Assembly (NCBI RefSeq): GCF_009914755.1
Contig: NC_060932.1
Strand: one strand, 5' to 3'
Length of the DNA stretch: 64,000 nucleotides
Source: the human T2T-CHM13v2.0 reference genome, Homo sapiens
The notes below the pieces were generated by a model. It had not been told where the DNA came from. It was given only the letters and a program-made list of their open reading frames with translations, and ran no database searches. Of this stretch, positions 1-12,325 are shown one piece after another (position 1 is the stretch's first letter; each line of letters begins with the position of its first letter). The position numbers and the translations under genes were made by a program.

Positions 1-90
1 TCTGAGCTTCAGTTTCCTGTTCTGTAAAGCGGGGATAATCCCACCCACCTGGCTGCGAAGTTGTACAGATTAAGAACAATGTGCATTTGT
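1..90 (+). mobile_element. MIR SINE fragment
   Basis: TCTGAGCTTCAGTTTCCTGTTCTGTAAAGCGGGGATAAT matches the MIR core (CTCTGAGCCTCAGTTTCCTCATCTGTAAAATGGGGATAAT). Confidence 0.75.
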
Positions 91-150
91 GTTTTCTTCT
101 GTACACCTTCGCGTTTTCTAAATATCCCACAGTGACTATACATTCCTTTC

Positions 151-766
151 TTTTTTTAAAAATTTTACTAAGTTCTGGGATACATGTGCAGAACATGCAG
201 GTTTGTTACATAGGTATACATGTGCCGTGGTGGTTTGCTGCACCTATCAACCCGCCATCTAGGTTTCAAGCCCCGCATGCATTAGGTGTTTGTCCTAATG
301 CTCTCCCTCGACTTGACCCCAGCCCACGACAGGCTCCGGTGTGTGATGTTCCCCTCCCGGTGTCCATCTGTTCTCATTGTTCAGCTCCCACTTATGAGTG
401 AGAACATGTGGTGTTTGGTTTTCTGTTCCTGTGTTAGTTTGCTGAGAATGATGGCTTCCAGCTTCATTCATGTTCCTGCAAAGGACATGAATTCATCCTT
501 TTTTATGGCTGCATAGTATTCCATGGTATATATGTGCCACATTTTCTTTATCCAGTCTATCACTGATGGGCATTTGGGTTGGTTCATTTACGTAGCAAAT
601 AGCCTTTGCTATTGTAAATAGTGCTGCAATAAACATACGTGTGCATGTGTCTTTATAGTAGAATGATTTATAATCCTTTGGGTATATACCCAGTAATGGG
701 ATTGCTGGGTCAAATGGCATTTCTGGTACTAGATCCTTGAGGAATCGCCACACTGTCTTCCACAAT
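151..766 (-). mobile_element. 5'-truncated L1PA (L1PA7/8-like): 3' UTR plus ORF2 C-terminus
   Basis: Poly-T then GGGATACATGTGCAGAACATGCAGGTTTGTTACATAGG. Minus ORF 493-765 translates to the L1 ORF2 C-terminus (WKTVWRFLKDL..PFDPAIPLLGIYPKDYKS). Exact 12-bp TSD TACATTCCTTTC at 139-150 and 767-778. Confidence 0.95.
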
Positions 767-1564
767 TACATTCCTTTCAAAATGAGAAAAAAAATGTTGC
801 AGGAGATTCACTCTCCCTCCCTACTTAAAAATTCACCCATTCCGACTTAAAGATACCACCGCCTCCCACATGGGTCACGCTGGGTGCTGGCAGAACACAA
901 CTCAAATGGGGGAGACCCAGTCCGATATTTAGTCCTCGAATATTCTAGAATAGATCCTGGGAATAAAATAAGTTGGGGATGAAGGTGGTCATTTAGAGTT
1001 AAAGGCAACACATGTGCCACAGACATATGACAAGACACAGACACAATGATTTTCAAGCTATTTTCTTTCTCTTCCTTCATTTAACAAGCACTCATTACAC
1101 CTTCAATGTCTGTCAGATGCGGCAGGTGCTCAGCGCTGTGATTCATGTCTGTGCATTGTGTCCTCAGGAACTCCTCATTTAGTAGTAAGAGGTAGGTATG
1201 AATGTAATAAAAGGTTAAAAAAAGGCCCAAGGCCCCACTGAAGGAGTCAGGAAGAGCATTGTGGAGGAGGTGAGGTTTGACAGGTGGGCATTGAAGGTGA
1301 GGACAGGAACAGACGGTGACGTCAGACCAAGCTTGGACACAGTCGCCAATGGAGCCTGGGTCCTTCCTTCATTCCACCCAACACAGGGACTCCTGCTGAA
1401 CAAAACTACACCCGCCCAGCCTCTGTGACCGTGGGAACTCATGGGAATGCCTCACATGTGTGAAATGAGGGCAAAACACTTACCTCAGCGTGTTGTCGTG
1501 AGGATGAGCCACGACCATGCACTTGACAAGGGCAGAACACTGGGACTACTGGACAAATGTCACT

Positions 1565-1800
1565 TCTCGTCCATTTGTTCATTCATTCATTCGAAAGGTG
1601 GTTTTTGAGCCTCTCCTTTGTGTCAGGCCCTGTTTGTTTCAAAGCAGTGAACAAAACAGACAAAAAGCCCTCTCATGCAAGCTTACATTCTAGTGGGGGA
1701 GGGAGACAGAGAATACCAGAAATAAATAAGGTATCTAGTGAGTTAGACAGTGACAAGTGTGACAAAGACACATAAAGCAGGCAGTGTGGAGTAGGGGGGC
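1565..1800 (-). mobile_element. L2 LINE 3' end
   Basis: TTCATTCATTCATTC tail followed by GTGAACAAAACAGACAAAAAGCCCTCTCATGCAAGCTTACATTCTAGTGGG, typical of the L2a/b 3' end. Confidence 0.8.
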
Positions 1801-2945
1801 TCCTTATAGAGTAATTGATGTTATTCCTTATTCTTTAGTTTGGGTGACAAATAGGATCCATGAAGAGAGGGAGAGTCATAGGAAAATGTTTTGTGCTTCG
1901 ATTGGGTCGGGGCATCAAGAACGGCTTTTGAGTAAGGATGTGATTTGGGCTGTGCTTCAAGATGGTGACATGGCTGCACCTTGTACGCAGATTGGACAGG
2001 CAGCCAAGGACAAGGCGTCAGACGTGGGCTGGTGGGCACCAACGTGGGGGTAGAATCCACCTTGCCTGTGGGTTTCTTAGCCTGGACTGGGAGAAGTGAG
2101 ACTAGAGACCTGAAGGGTGAGACTAGAGGCCTGAAAGGGGCCAAGAGAGCTGCATCCTCCCAGCTGATCCCCTGGCTGGAGCCTGAGCAGACGGGAGGAG
2201 CAGGAAGGCAGATGCACCCAAGACTGCAAGACATGGAAAAGGGCTCAGGCTCCCTCTCCCATTGAAGAAAAGGTAGTGGGGTCACACAGGGTATGAGCAC
2301 CCTTCAGACTTCACCTAAATCAATGGTGACATTAATTGCTGCACTTGTGTGGCTGCCTCTGTAGACCACTCAGCTTCCAGAACGCAGTGGCCCCAGTGAC
2401 CTGCCCTTCCCCAGTTCCGGGGAAGCTGGGGTCAGACAGCCAGAGGTGCCTTTATGGGGGTGGTGCTCTTTGAGGAGTTGCATTTGGGGTAGATGAACAT
2501 CTCCAAACCAAGTGCCAAGAGCCTGCCATGTGCACAGAAATGTCTGCCCACCCTTTTGACACTTTCCGGGTGAACACAGGGGATGTTTACCCAGGAGTTC
2601 TCAGAAGAGCCTGTGCGCTGCCGGCGTTCTGGAGCAACTGGGGAACCCACGTTTAGCAATGTGGAGAAGGGAAGGAGATGGGAAAGGAAGGCACTTGTGG
2701 GAAATGTAAATTACAGCAATGTAAATAAAGAGCTTCCCAGTAAACGCATAAATAAAAAGCAGGCAGCAATCCCCTGGGAATAGTAATCAGGCTCATTTTG
2801 CTTCTGCCTCCCAGTCTGGGGAGCGCAGCAGGACGCCTCCGGAAGCCTCTCTCATCTAGCGCTCCTAGAGGAGGAAGCTCCCCAGCCCCAGCAGCACTGG
2901 GTCCAGGAGGAGTTGGGACGTCGTCCACGGCCTCCTATGGGGCAT

Positions 2946-2960
2946 CCAGCAGGGGGCGCC
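2946..2960 (+). promoter_or_regulatory. CTCF core motif (candidate site)
   Basis: CCAGCAGGGGGCGCC matches the CTCF core CCASYAGRKGGCRSY, in non-repeat DNA with retained CpGs; occupancy not shown. Confidence 0.6.
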
Positions 2961-3528
2961 GGTGAGAAGTGGGGCGGGAGAGGAATCCTGAATCGAGACC
3001 CAAGGGCTGCACAGGCCCGGAAGCAGGGGGAGGGGGCCTTCAGACAGGCTTCCTGTTGTTGCTACTTGAAATTAGTTTGCCTGGAACACAAAGTGTATGG
3101 AGCGGGGGTATGAAGGAAATCAGGTTTTACGAGGAGGTTGTGTGACCAGAACTGTGATCCAGGTTCCCCAGCCCAGGCCTTCTTGCCCACCCCCGACCCA
3201 TGGCTTTCCTCCTTGTGCAGTGGACTTCGGGGCCCGCTGTGCTGCCTCTACCAGGGGAGGTCACCACGAGGCTGTGCAGGTCATTCTGGAAAGCCCATGT
3301 GCCCTGTGCAAGCAAAGTCCTAGGTGAATCCAGGAGGCCCCCGTCCATGCAGTCACCTCCAGCTCCAAACCTGTTATTTGTCAGACAGAGCTGTCCTGGG
3401 ACGTGGATTTGGGGGCAGCGGCCAGACTTCCCAGAGGGGCTGCTGTGCTGTGAGGCGGGGCGGGCGGAACCCCATGCCGCTCCCTGCAGGGCTGAGGGAG
3501 GCCTGTGGCTCTCCTAGACCCAGGAGCC

Positions 3529-3952
3529 TCCTCAAAGACACCCCTTGACCTGCCTCTAGGCAGGCTCCCCTGAGCCCTCAAGGCCCCGACCTTGGGCTCT
3601 GGCCTTGGCCTGCTTACTCCAGTTTTAGCAAGAATCCTGCTGGGTCAGGATTTTAGTGAAAATCCCCCACCCTTGATATCTGATCAGATGCCTCCTCCCC
3701 CACCCTAGGGATCTTATTGCCTTGGCCTGCCTGCAGCCTCCATGTTTCCTCTTAGTGATATCCTTTCATCCACCCCACGCTGCTTCTGGGCTGTGAATCT
3801 CTACTTTCTTTGTTGTCATCAGAGTTGAGCCCAATCTCTCTCACTTCCTGGAAAACTCCAGGGTAGTAGTCCCTATACTTGGGTGGCAGTCCCCCTGAAT
3901 AAAGTCAGCCTTACCATTTTAATAAGTGTCGGGAATAATTTTTTATTTAATA
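3529..3952 (+). mobile_element. ERV1-class solo LTR, MER31-like
   Basis: CCAGTTTTAGCAAGAATCCTGCT...AATCCCCCACCCTTGATATCTGATC, an internal AATAAA and a TTTTTATTTAATA end resemble MER31. Confidence 0.7.
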
Positions 3953-6289
3953 CCTCCTCCCACAAACATCCAAGCAAAGCCTCTGGGTGTGGCCATCTGC
4001 TTGTCTACAGCCCCCTCTGGCTGTGTTTTGACATTCCCCTCCTGCAGAGAAGACAGGATTGGCCTGAGCCCAGGCTTCCACTAGCCCACAGGGCCTTTGC
4101 ATGAATTAGGAAAGGGCCTCTTCCTTGGGTGGCTCACCTTAGTGTGACCTGGACACCTGTATGAGGTGGGCTGGCCCTCCTCCTCCCAGGAGCTCCCAGG
4201 GCCCCAGTGAGCACCACCCTGGCAGCCCCCGCCCTCGGACCCTCACCCACACCAGCAATATCACACCCCGTCCACCCACACTTCCTTCCTCCTTCCCACC
4301 CACCAGCAAGAATAGGCAAGTGTTCTGGGTTGTTCCCTCAATGGGGGCAGGAATTGGGTTTCCTAAAGGGCTGGCAGGAAGGAGAAGTGACTGCAGGTCC
4401 CTCCCGGAGCATGGCTGGGATAGGGCCCTATGAGGCAGGCATGCGTGTGTGCTTATAACATTGCCAGGTGGATTTATGTAGCTCTTCACTGCTACTGCAG
4501 GACTCTGTGCCCACCCATGCACTCTCAGATAAGTTGATCTACAACGTAAATGGCACCCCTCCCCAGGACATTGCATATTTGGGCAGTGTGCAACTTGAAC
4601 ACCGGTACATGGACAGATTTCTTGTACAGGGCACATAGTCCTTGAGTCAGGCTTCAGGCCTTGCAGCTTCTGGTGGTCATCAGAGGAAGGTTAGTAGTTA
4701 GGACAAACTTACTGTGCGCTCTCTCTTTTCACCTCTGGTCCTGCTCAACACTTGCTGCCCAGATGTGGCTTGCTTTGGAACAATGGCCATGTCCAGAAGA
4801 GGGAGGGGGATATGGCTCCCCTTGCATGCAATTCTCTCAAACCTCTGACTTCATTTAACCACCCGCAATGACACCTGCCAGCAACCATGACAGTGCATGC
4901 TTGGAACTTTCACCCTTTGATTCCCCACCCAGCATTCCTACCATATTTTATTTCGCACAAAACAGTGTTATCACATAATGTTAGAGGAAATATAAAGAAG
5001 GAAAAACATCCACTCCAGTTCTGTCTTTGTAGCACATTGGTTCAGCAGTTCTTTGCATTTTCCCATGTTCCCTCCAGAAAGCATGTTTGTGCATGGCTGA
5101 AAACTCCGTATACACATGTTAAAATCATCAAATTCTAGAGTGCGGAAAGACCTAGGTAATATCTCGCCTTCTCTTCCCTGCTTAGGTGGCATGGTGGGGA
5201 TGTTTGCTGGAGAGAAGGAATGGCAAAAAGTGAAGTCATGTGGACTGGGGGATGTTTTTATTTTTATCCACAGGACAGCACAAGTGAATCTTGGTCCCTG
5301 TGGGAATTCTCAGGAACAGAGGGCTAGAAACAGATTTGATCAATGAAAGCTGGTTCCAGAGAGAACAAGCCGTTGATAAATTCTAGTACTGCCAGTCAAT
5401 CAGAGCTCATCTGTTTCTGGGAGCCAGAGTCAGGAAGTGGGTGCAGGAGGCGCAGCACCTGCTGGAAGCCGGTGACCAAGACCTGCAGGGATGCCGCCCA
5501 TCCTCCTGCCATGAATCATTCATTACCTCCTCTGTCTGGGAATGGGGAAGAGATGCAGCTCTCTGGGAGCCAGCTTTCTTTCTAATTAGCACCAGAAGGA
5601 CCTGGGATTGATCTCTGCTGTGGTTGATGGGTTTACCCTTGTGGCAGGGGAGTCAGGCCGCTCACGGGAGATGGTTAAGCGTGCTGGGCCGGAGACCTTG
5701 GGGTTGCTTAATGCAGAGACTTTAGAGACTTTGGAAATAAAATAAGCCCCTTGCCCCTAGCCCTTGCCATCTATGTTTTTTAAGTAGCAAGATGACTGAG
5801 GCCTGGATGAGGAAGTGATTCCTCCACAATGGCACATGGCAGCCTATAGCGGATCCCAGCCTGCTGCTCCTGCGCAGTGTCTGCGGGGCTCAGAAGGAAG
5901 CCTGCGGTCCCTTGGGAGTCATTGGCTGCACCCTGGGTGCACAGGGTGGCGCGTGGGGGGGTCAGCTGGGCTTCAGCCCCTCCCACCTAGGCTGGACCCC
6001 GCGCAGTGCTCTCTGGCACCCCTGACTGAGCCCCTCAGCACTGTGACCAAACATGCCAGACACGCAGCACAGGCCGGGGCTTCAGCGGTGCAGGTGCCCA
6101 ACAGCCCAGAAGGCTTTCTGCAGGTGGCCAGGAAGCCTAGGAGAGTTTAGCCCCTGCTAGGGGTGCGGGAGTGGGAGGAGGGCGGGCAGCAGAGGAATCC
6201 TAACGAGCCCTCTAGAGGTCCCCAAGCTTTCCCGGAGTGTGCTGCTCTGGGCTCACTCCCGGTGGGCAAGGCCATTCCAACTGGAAACA

Positions 6290-6310
6290 GGGGTCGGGGT
6301 GGGGGTGGGG
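6290..6310 (+). other. Canonical G-quadruplex motif
   Basis: GGGGTCGGGGTGGGGGTGGGG: four runs of at least 4 G with 1-2 nt loops. Confidence 0.7.
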
Positions 6311-6479
6311 AAGAGAGGAGAGGACACCAGCTTTAACTCAAGGTGCGGGCAATGGGGAGAGAAAACCAGGGGGAGAGAGAACTGGGCTCTGGGCTCCCCC
6401 ACAGGCCAGACAGCCAAAGCCTCACGTCCAGGAACGGGGCTGAAGGAGATGCCCCCACCCTCAGCACACCCATCCCTTC

Positions 6480-8110
6480 ACCAACTCACCCATTCAACAG
6501 AGCCTTACCTCGCGCCATCTGCATGCCAGATGCCAGCCAGTGTCGGTCCCGGAGATTCCACAGGGAACTGGACACACAAATTTCCTATCTTCGAGTTTGC
6601 ATTTTCGTGGGGAAGGCCATAAACAAACAAAAGAGACATTTTCATTTCAGATGACAAGTGCTCTGGGAAACAAGAGCTGGGGGACAGATAGTGCCTTATG
6701 GGATGGGGGTGTTGTTTTAGATTCGGGAGTCAAGGGAGGCCCCTCTGAGCTGCTATCCTTGAGCAGATACCTCGGTGGTGGGAAGGAGCACATCAGATCC
6801 AAGAAGCCTTCCAGGCAGGAGACCCCAAGCGCAGCTCCCCTGGGGTGGGAACCTGCTTGGAGAGTGGAAGGAGCAGCAGGGAAGCCAGTTTGGTTGGAGC
6901 AGAGGGGGTGAGGGGTCTGGGGAAGGGGACAGAGAGGCAGGCGGTGGAAAGAACATTGGATTTTATGCTGAAGTATAAGACTAAGCGTTGAGGGGAGGGA
7001 ACTTAGAGGACGAATCAACAGGTGCAGCAAACCACCATGGCACACGCATACCTGTGCAACACGCCACCGTGGCACACGCGCACCTCTGTAACAAACCACC
7101 ATGGCATATGTATACCTATGTAACAAACCTGCACGTTCTGCACGTGTATCCCGTTTTGTTTGTTTGGGTTTTTTTTTGTTTTTGCTTTTTTTTAGAAGAA
7201 ACACAGAAAAAAAGGCTAAGCTATTGGAGGGCTTTCAGCACTGGAGGGCTGCAGTCTTATTTCAACCTCAAATCCTTCATTCTGGCTGCTGTGTAGGGTG
7301 GAGGCAGTGGGGAAAAGCTGTTCGTGAATTGAGTCAGTTAGTATCAGCCAAGGAGATGAGAAGGGAGAAGCCGGCAGATGCAGACATACGTTCTGCAGGT
7401 GGGGTAAGAAGGATCAGGCATGGGGCGTGAGGAAAAGAGGAGCCAAAGATTTGCCTTATTTTTTTGGCTTGAGCAACTGGATAATGTGATGGTGTCCTTT
7501 ACTCCGCTGGGGAAGCCCGAAGGAAGAACAGGCCTGGAGGGGAAAACTTAGGAGTTCAGTTTTGAATTTGGAAAGTTGGAGATGCCTGTGAAACACCCCT
7601 GGGGAAGTGTAGGGCTTGGAGATGTCACTTTGGGAGTCATCAGTATCTAGATAATGTTAAAATCCATGGTCGGAAGGAAAGTACCGAGGGGGAGACTGGA
7701 GAGACAGGCAGCTGCCGAGGTCTGAGCTTGCCATACCTGGAGGACAGGAGGTGGGGGAACCAGCAGGGTGATCGGGGGCCAGTGAGCTAGAAGCAAACCA
7801 GGAAGAAGAAGTGTCTGGAACCCAAGGGAAGAAAGGAGTCTAGCAGATGGGGGGTGATCCACTGAATTAAATGCTACAACAAGGCCAAGGGAGAGGGCTG
7901 CTGAGAGCTGGACATCAGACTTGGGAGGACTAAGGGCTTTGGTGACTTTTTGGCAAGAATGAGAGACTGGCAGGGGCTGCTAGTCAATACTGGTAGTTTC
8001 TTTGAGACGTTCTGCTCCAAGGCGAAACAGAGAATTAAGGGCCATAGCTGGAGGAGATGTGAGGTCAGAGGATGTTTTCATTTTTGAAATATCTGGGCTG
8101 TTATTCTGAG
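6480..8110 (-). mobile_element. Degraded L2, interrupted by an L1PA 3' fragment
   Basis: Recognisable L2 blocks (GGCTTGAGCAACTGGA, GGAGTTCAGTTTTGAA..GAGATGCCTGTGAAACACC, TTTGGGAGTCATCAG). L2 reads through across the L1 TSD. Confidence 0.7.
6987..7211 (+). mobile_element. Short L1PA (L1PA8-like) 3' end with internal triplication
   Basis: GGTGCAGCAAACCACCATGGCAC..TATACCTATGTAACAAACCTGCACGTTCTGCACGTGTATCCC. TSD AAGACTAAGC (6977-6986) / AAGGCTAAGC (7212-7221). Confidence 0.9.
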
Positions 8111-8564
8111 GATGAGGGTGACCACCAGAGAGAAGAGTGGGTGGTGCAGGGAGGAGTGGGGAGCAGCACTGGGGAATGGGGGATAGGTGTTGAGGAATGG
8201 GGCCAATGGTTCTGGGGACATGGTCATCCGTCTGTGGGGACATGAGGGAAGAACAGGCAGAGGGCATGTAAGCGAGTGGCTGGTGGTAGAAAACGGAAGC
8301 CCTTCTCTACCAAACAGCTCTTCTCTTTGAAAGAAAAATATCCACAAGTGTTCTTTTCCTGCCCAGTAGTTTCTTTTCTCTTTCTTCATAGCTTTTCTGG
8401 GATATCAAGTCAGGTTCTCTCTCTCTTTTTTTTTTTTTTTTAAATAAAATGAAAGCTCTTTCTCTCTTCTGTTTCCCTCTCTTTTCTCCCTTTTCTGTCC
8501 CTTGGATTTGGCTGGGGACCTAAAAATGTTTCTGTCAACAAACTTGTCTTTTTCTCATTGTTCT

Positions 8565-8720
8565 TCATAGAGTTGTAGACTGTCGGAGCTGGAAGGGATC
8601 TCCGAGACCATCATCCAGGCCCATCCCCTTATTTTACACTGATGAGGAGATCGTGGGGCTTGGAGGGACGAAGTGACTCGCTCCAACCAGGACTTAATGT
8701 GGATGCCACGATTGCTGAGA
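8565..8720 (-). mobile_element. MIR fragment
   Basis: GAGCTGGAAGGGATCTCCGAGACCATC..CCCCTTATTTTACACTGATGAGGAGA. Confidence 0.65.
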
Positions 8721-10374
8721 TCAGCCGCGATCTCGACGATAGCTGATGTTGGCCATATTCTTGAATCCTGTCGCAGTTACATTGCCCCTCCCTGTATCTG
8801 GCACGCTTGTCTCTGTTACTCAGCCAGCTTCACTGAATCTGCGTGTCTCCGTGTGCTAGCCACAACAGCACCGGCCCTGGGAGTAGGAGGGGAATCCATT
8901 CCTGATATTCCTTTGTAAATGTTTCTGTTTTGCAAGTGAAAACCCCGAGGACTGGAGCGTGTTGCTCAAGGCCAGGGAGCAGCTCCTAGTGGAAATGCGA
9001 GATCTCTGTGGTTGCAGCAATATGATTTCCTCACGAGGGGCCCGGGAAAGGCAATGGACGCTATATTTTGCAATGGTAAATTGAGGCACAGAAGGGGGAA
9101 ATGTCCTTCTAGCCTCTCTGCAGCAGACACAGTCTTTCTCTCCTGGCTGTGTGTATGCGCTGTTTGCCCCTTAGTGACTCTTGAAGGCCTTTTAAAGCTA
9201 AGTAGGAAAAGACTAGAAAAATTCTGCCCAACAGATTTGGTTAACTTTTTTTTCTTCTTCTTTCTCACCCATCATTGAGAGAATGTTTTTGGTTTTTATC
9301 AGCCAGGTGTTTCCAGTGTTAACACTGGTGCCTCCCCTGCCAGCCCACGGGGAGGTGGGCACCTCAGCCAGCCTTGGCAGCCCTTCTTGCAGGATGGGTC
9401 TCGCTGCCAAGCCTGCTCCAGGGCCTTGATCCATTTCCCTCTCTCTGGGGCTCCCCAGTAAAAAATCCCTCGTAGTGGTGTCAGTAGGGTCTTCAGCTCT
9501 TGGTAGGTCTTCACGTACAGCCACCCCTGGAGGAGGCTAATTCCCGCAGCCCCCTGCAGAGAGGCGCAGGGAGCAGCCAGCCCCGGGTCAGGGGCTGTGT
9601 TCCATCAGGCATCCACCTGTTCACAAATAGACTCAAATAAAGTCCCAGCCTGGAAGGGCTCTGAACCCTCCTGCCGGGTCATGTCCTGAGAAAAGGGGGA
9701 ACAGATAGAGGTTTTGGCTACTCTCCAAACAAGAATTAAAAGAGGCAGCAGAGATGCCAAGAGCAGGTTTCATTAAGCCAGTGGGTGCCTTGCAGCCATT
9801 AGAACCCCAGGTGCCTTTTCCGAGAATAAGCTGCTCTGCAGTGCAAAGGCAGACAGAGCATCCATTCCAATGGGCTCCTGAGCAACCCAGAACCCAGAGC
9901 CCTTTCCTCCCCAGAAAAGCTTCTTGCCACCAAGGCCAGCCACTTCAGCAGGGTGACCTCCAGAATACCACCTAGGGCATAGTCACGGGATCTTGTTCCG
10001 ACTCGTCTTCAGCAGACACCCTGTTGATCTCATTGATAAGAGCCTGCAGCCACCTCAGCCACTGTGCACCTGGGCAGCCAGCCAAGCCCACTTAATTGAC
10101 AGACAGGCGGGGCCGGCTGGAGCGAGTGGGCAGGACAGTGCCATGGGGCAGGGGTAAGGAGGGGGAGGCCAGCGAGAGGACAGAGCAGAGGCTGTAGGCC
10201 TGGCCCAGAACCACGCAGAGCCAGGGGCAGCGCCAGGCATCAGCCACCGGGAGGTCTGGGGCTTCACAGGACAGGGGGTAGCACAAACCCTGCAGACCAG
10301 AGGCCTGCGGAGTCCACAGTCACCCAGGAAGGGGACTCAGCCTCCAGGGCTCCCTTCATTTGTAGAGACCCCTG

Positions 10375-10550
10375 GGCTAGCTCTTCTCCAACCTCACCGT
10401 GCATCCGAATCCTCGGGGGCCTTTAAAAATACACATCTCCAGGTTTCGCCGAGGCACTCAGACACGTAGGAGTTGGTCCCAGGAACCTGTATTTTTAACA
10501 CACGCTCAGGTGTCCTTGCTGTCTGGTATTGCTATACATATTAAGAGACC
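10375..10550. mobile_element. hAT-Charlie MER5-family fragment
   Basis: GCATCCGAATCCTCGGGGGCCTTTAAAAATACA..CCCAGGAACCTGTATTTTTAACA resembles MER5A/B. Confidence 0.55.
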
Positions 10551-11708
10551 TCGATATGCGTTTCTGCAAGTCTGAAACCATTTCATCAAAGGAGCACAGG
10601 GACTCTGGTGGGCGGGGCGGGGAGAGAAGGCAAGGCCTCCAGAAAGCAGTAGTTTCCCTCCCCCTGGCGAGAAGACCTGAACTTCCTTCCTGAGTCGTCT
10701 GCCCTAAACAGCTTGATGTTTCAGAACTGCAGGCAAAGAATGTTGAGAAACAAGGGCCGGATTCCCCTTGCTGATGGTGTGAGGTGACCTGTCGGTGAGA
10801 TACGGAAGTTCAGCCCCATAGTGTCTAGGCGCTAGGCTTCCCCAGGGCTGAGTGTTACCAGCTCAACAGGTGGCTTTCTGGCTGCTGCAGTGACTGAGCG
10901 TGGGGGGTGTGTGATCGAAGGATACAGAGAGTCCCCTTGTTATCACTCTGGGTTGCTAAAGAGGTGGAGCTATTCAGGGTTGCAATCAGGAGAACACAGG
11001 CGCTGGAGGCTGACATGTCTGTGTTTGAGAATTTTCTTGGCAAAGCAGGTAACTCCTCTAAGTTTAGAGTCCCCATCTGTAAAACTGGGACTTTCAACAC
11101 TAATCAGAAGGTTGTAAAGATTAACTGAAAGAAGTGTCATCCACTGAGCCTGTTCCTGGGATCATGTAGTGAGATTCAGTAATCGCATGTTCACTGTTGT
11201 TAAGGCCAATTTTTTTATGGTAAAATACATATATTAAATTTACCATTTTAACTATCTGTAAACGTATCGTTTGGTGGCATTAAGTACACTCGCGCTGTTG
11301 TGCAACCATCACCACTATCCATCGCCAGAACTCTTGCATCTTCCCAAACTGAAGCTCTGTCTCCATCAAACAACAACTCCTCATGCCCCCTTTTCCCAGC
11401 CCCTGGCAACCCTCATTCTACTTTCTGTCTCTATGAATCTGGCTGTTCTAGGGACCTCACAGATGTGGAATCATGTGGAATTTGTCTTTTTGTGACTGGT
11501 TTCTTTTTCATGGAAAATGGGCCAATGACATATTTGAAATGTAGTTTATATTTGCATTAAAGCAGTAAATGTACACAGTAGTGGAATCACCATCCTACTC
11601 GTGAAGCCCATGAAAGCCACATGGTATCCCTGATGAAAAATTGAAAAATAAAATATTCTTAACATATCTTTTGTGTTACAACTGGTTTCATGAACTCTGC
11701 TTCCCCTC

Positions 11709-12325
11709 CCAGCTTTATTGAGGTGTAGTTGACAAAAGGAAACTATGTATTAATGGTGTACTGTGTGATGTTTTGATACACTGTGTATACATTGTGAAAT
11801 GATTCCCGCAAGTAAGCTAATTAGTGTAGCTTCCCCTCGCATAGTTATTTTTTTCTTGCTGTGAGAATATTTAAGATCTATTCTCTTAGTAAATTTCAGG
11901 TAGACAATATGTTATTAACTATAGTCACCATGCTGTGCGTTAGAGCTCCAGAACTCTTTCATCCTGCCGAATTGAAACTTTGTGCCCTTTGACCAACACC
12001 CGCCCCCCATTTCCCTTCTCCCCAGCCCCTGGCACTCACCGTCCTCCTCTCTGCTTCTATGAGTTTGAGTTGTTTAGATTCCACACATAAGCGAGATCAT
12101 GTAGTATTTGTCTTTCTGTGCCTGGTTTATTTCACTTAGCATAATGTCCTCCAGGTTCATCCATGTTGTTGCAAATCACAGGATTTAAATATCTTTTAAG
12201 GATGAATAAGACTCTATTAAACATTTATCTATGTATCTATATCTTTATCTGTCTCAGATTTTCTTTGTCTATTCATCCATGGATGGCCACTTAAGTTGAT
12301 TCCTTATCTTGGCTATTGTGAATAA
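11709..12325 (-). mobile_element. L1MA (L1MA8/9-like) 3' end nested in the older L1
   Basis: CAGCTTTATTGAGGTGTAGTTGACAAA..TTAACTATAGTCACCATGCTGT..AGATTCCACACATAAGCGAGATCATG. Confidence 0.8.

Noticed and set aside
493-765. ORF resembling a reverse-transcriptase protein C-terminus as a gene
   Set aside because: Frameshifted ORF2 remnant of a 5'-truncated L1; the same applies to 30445-30714.
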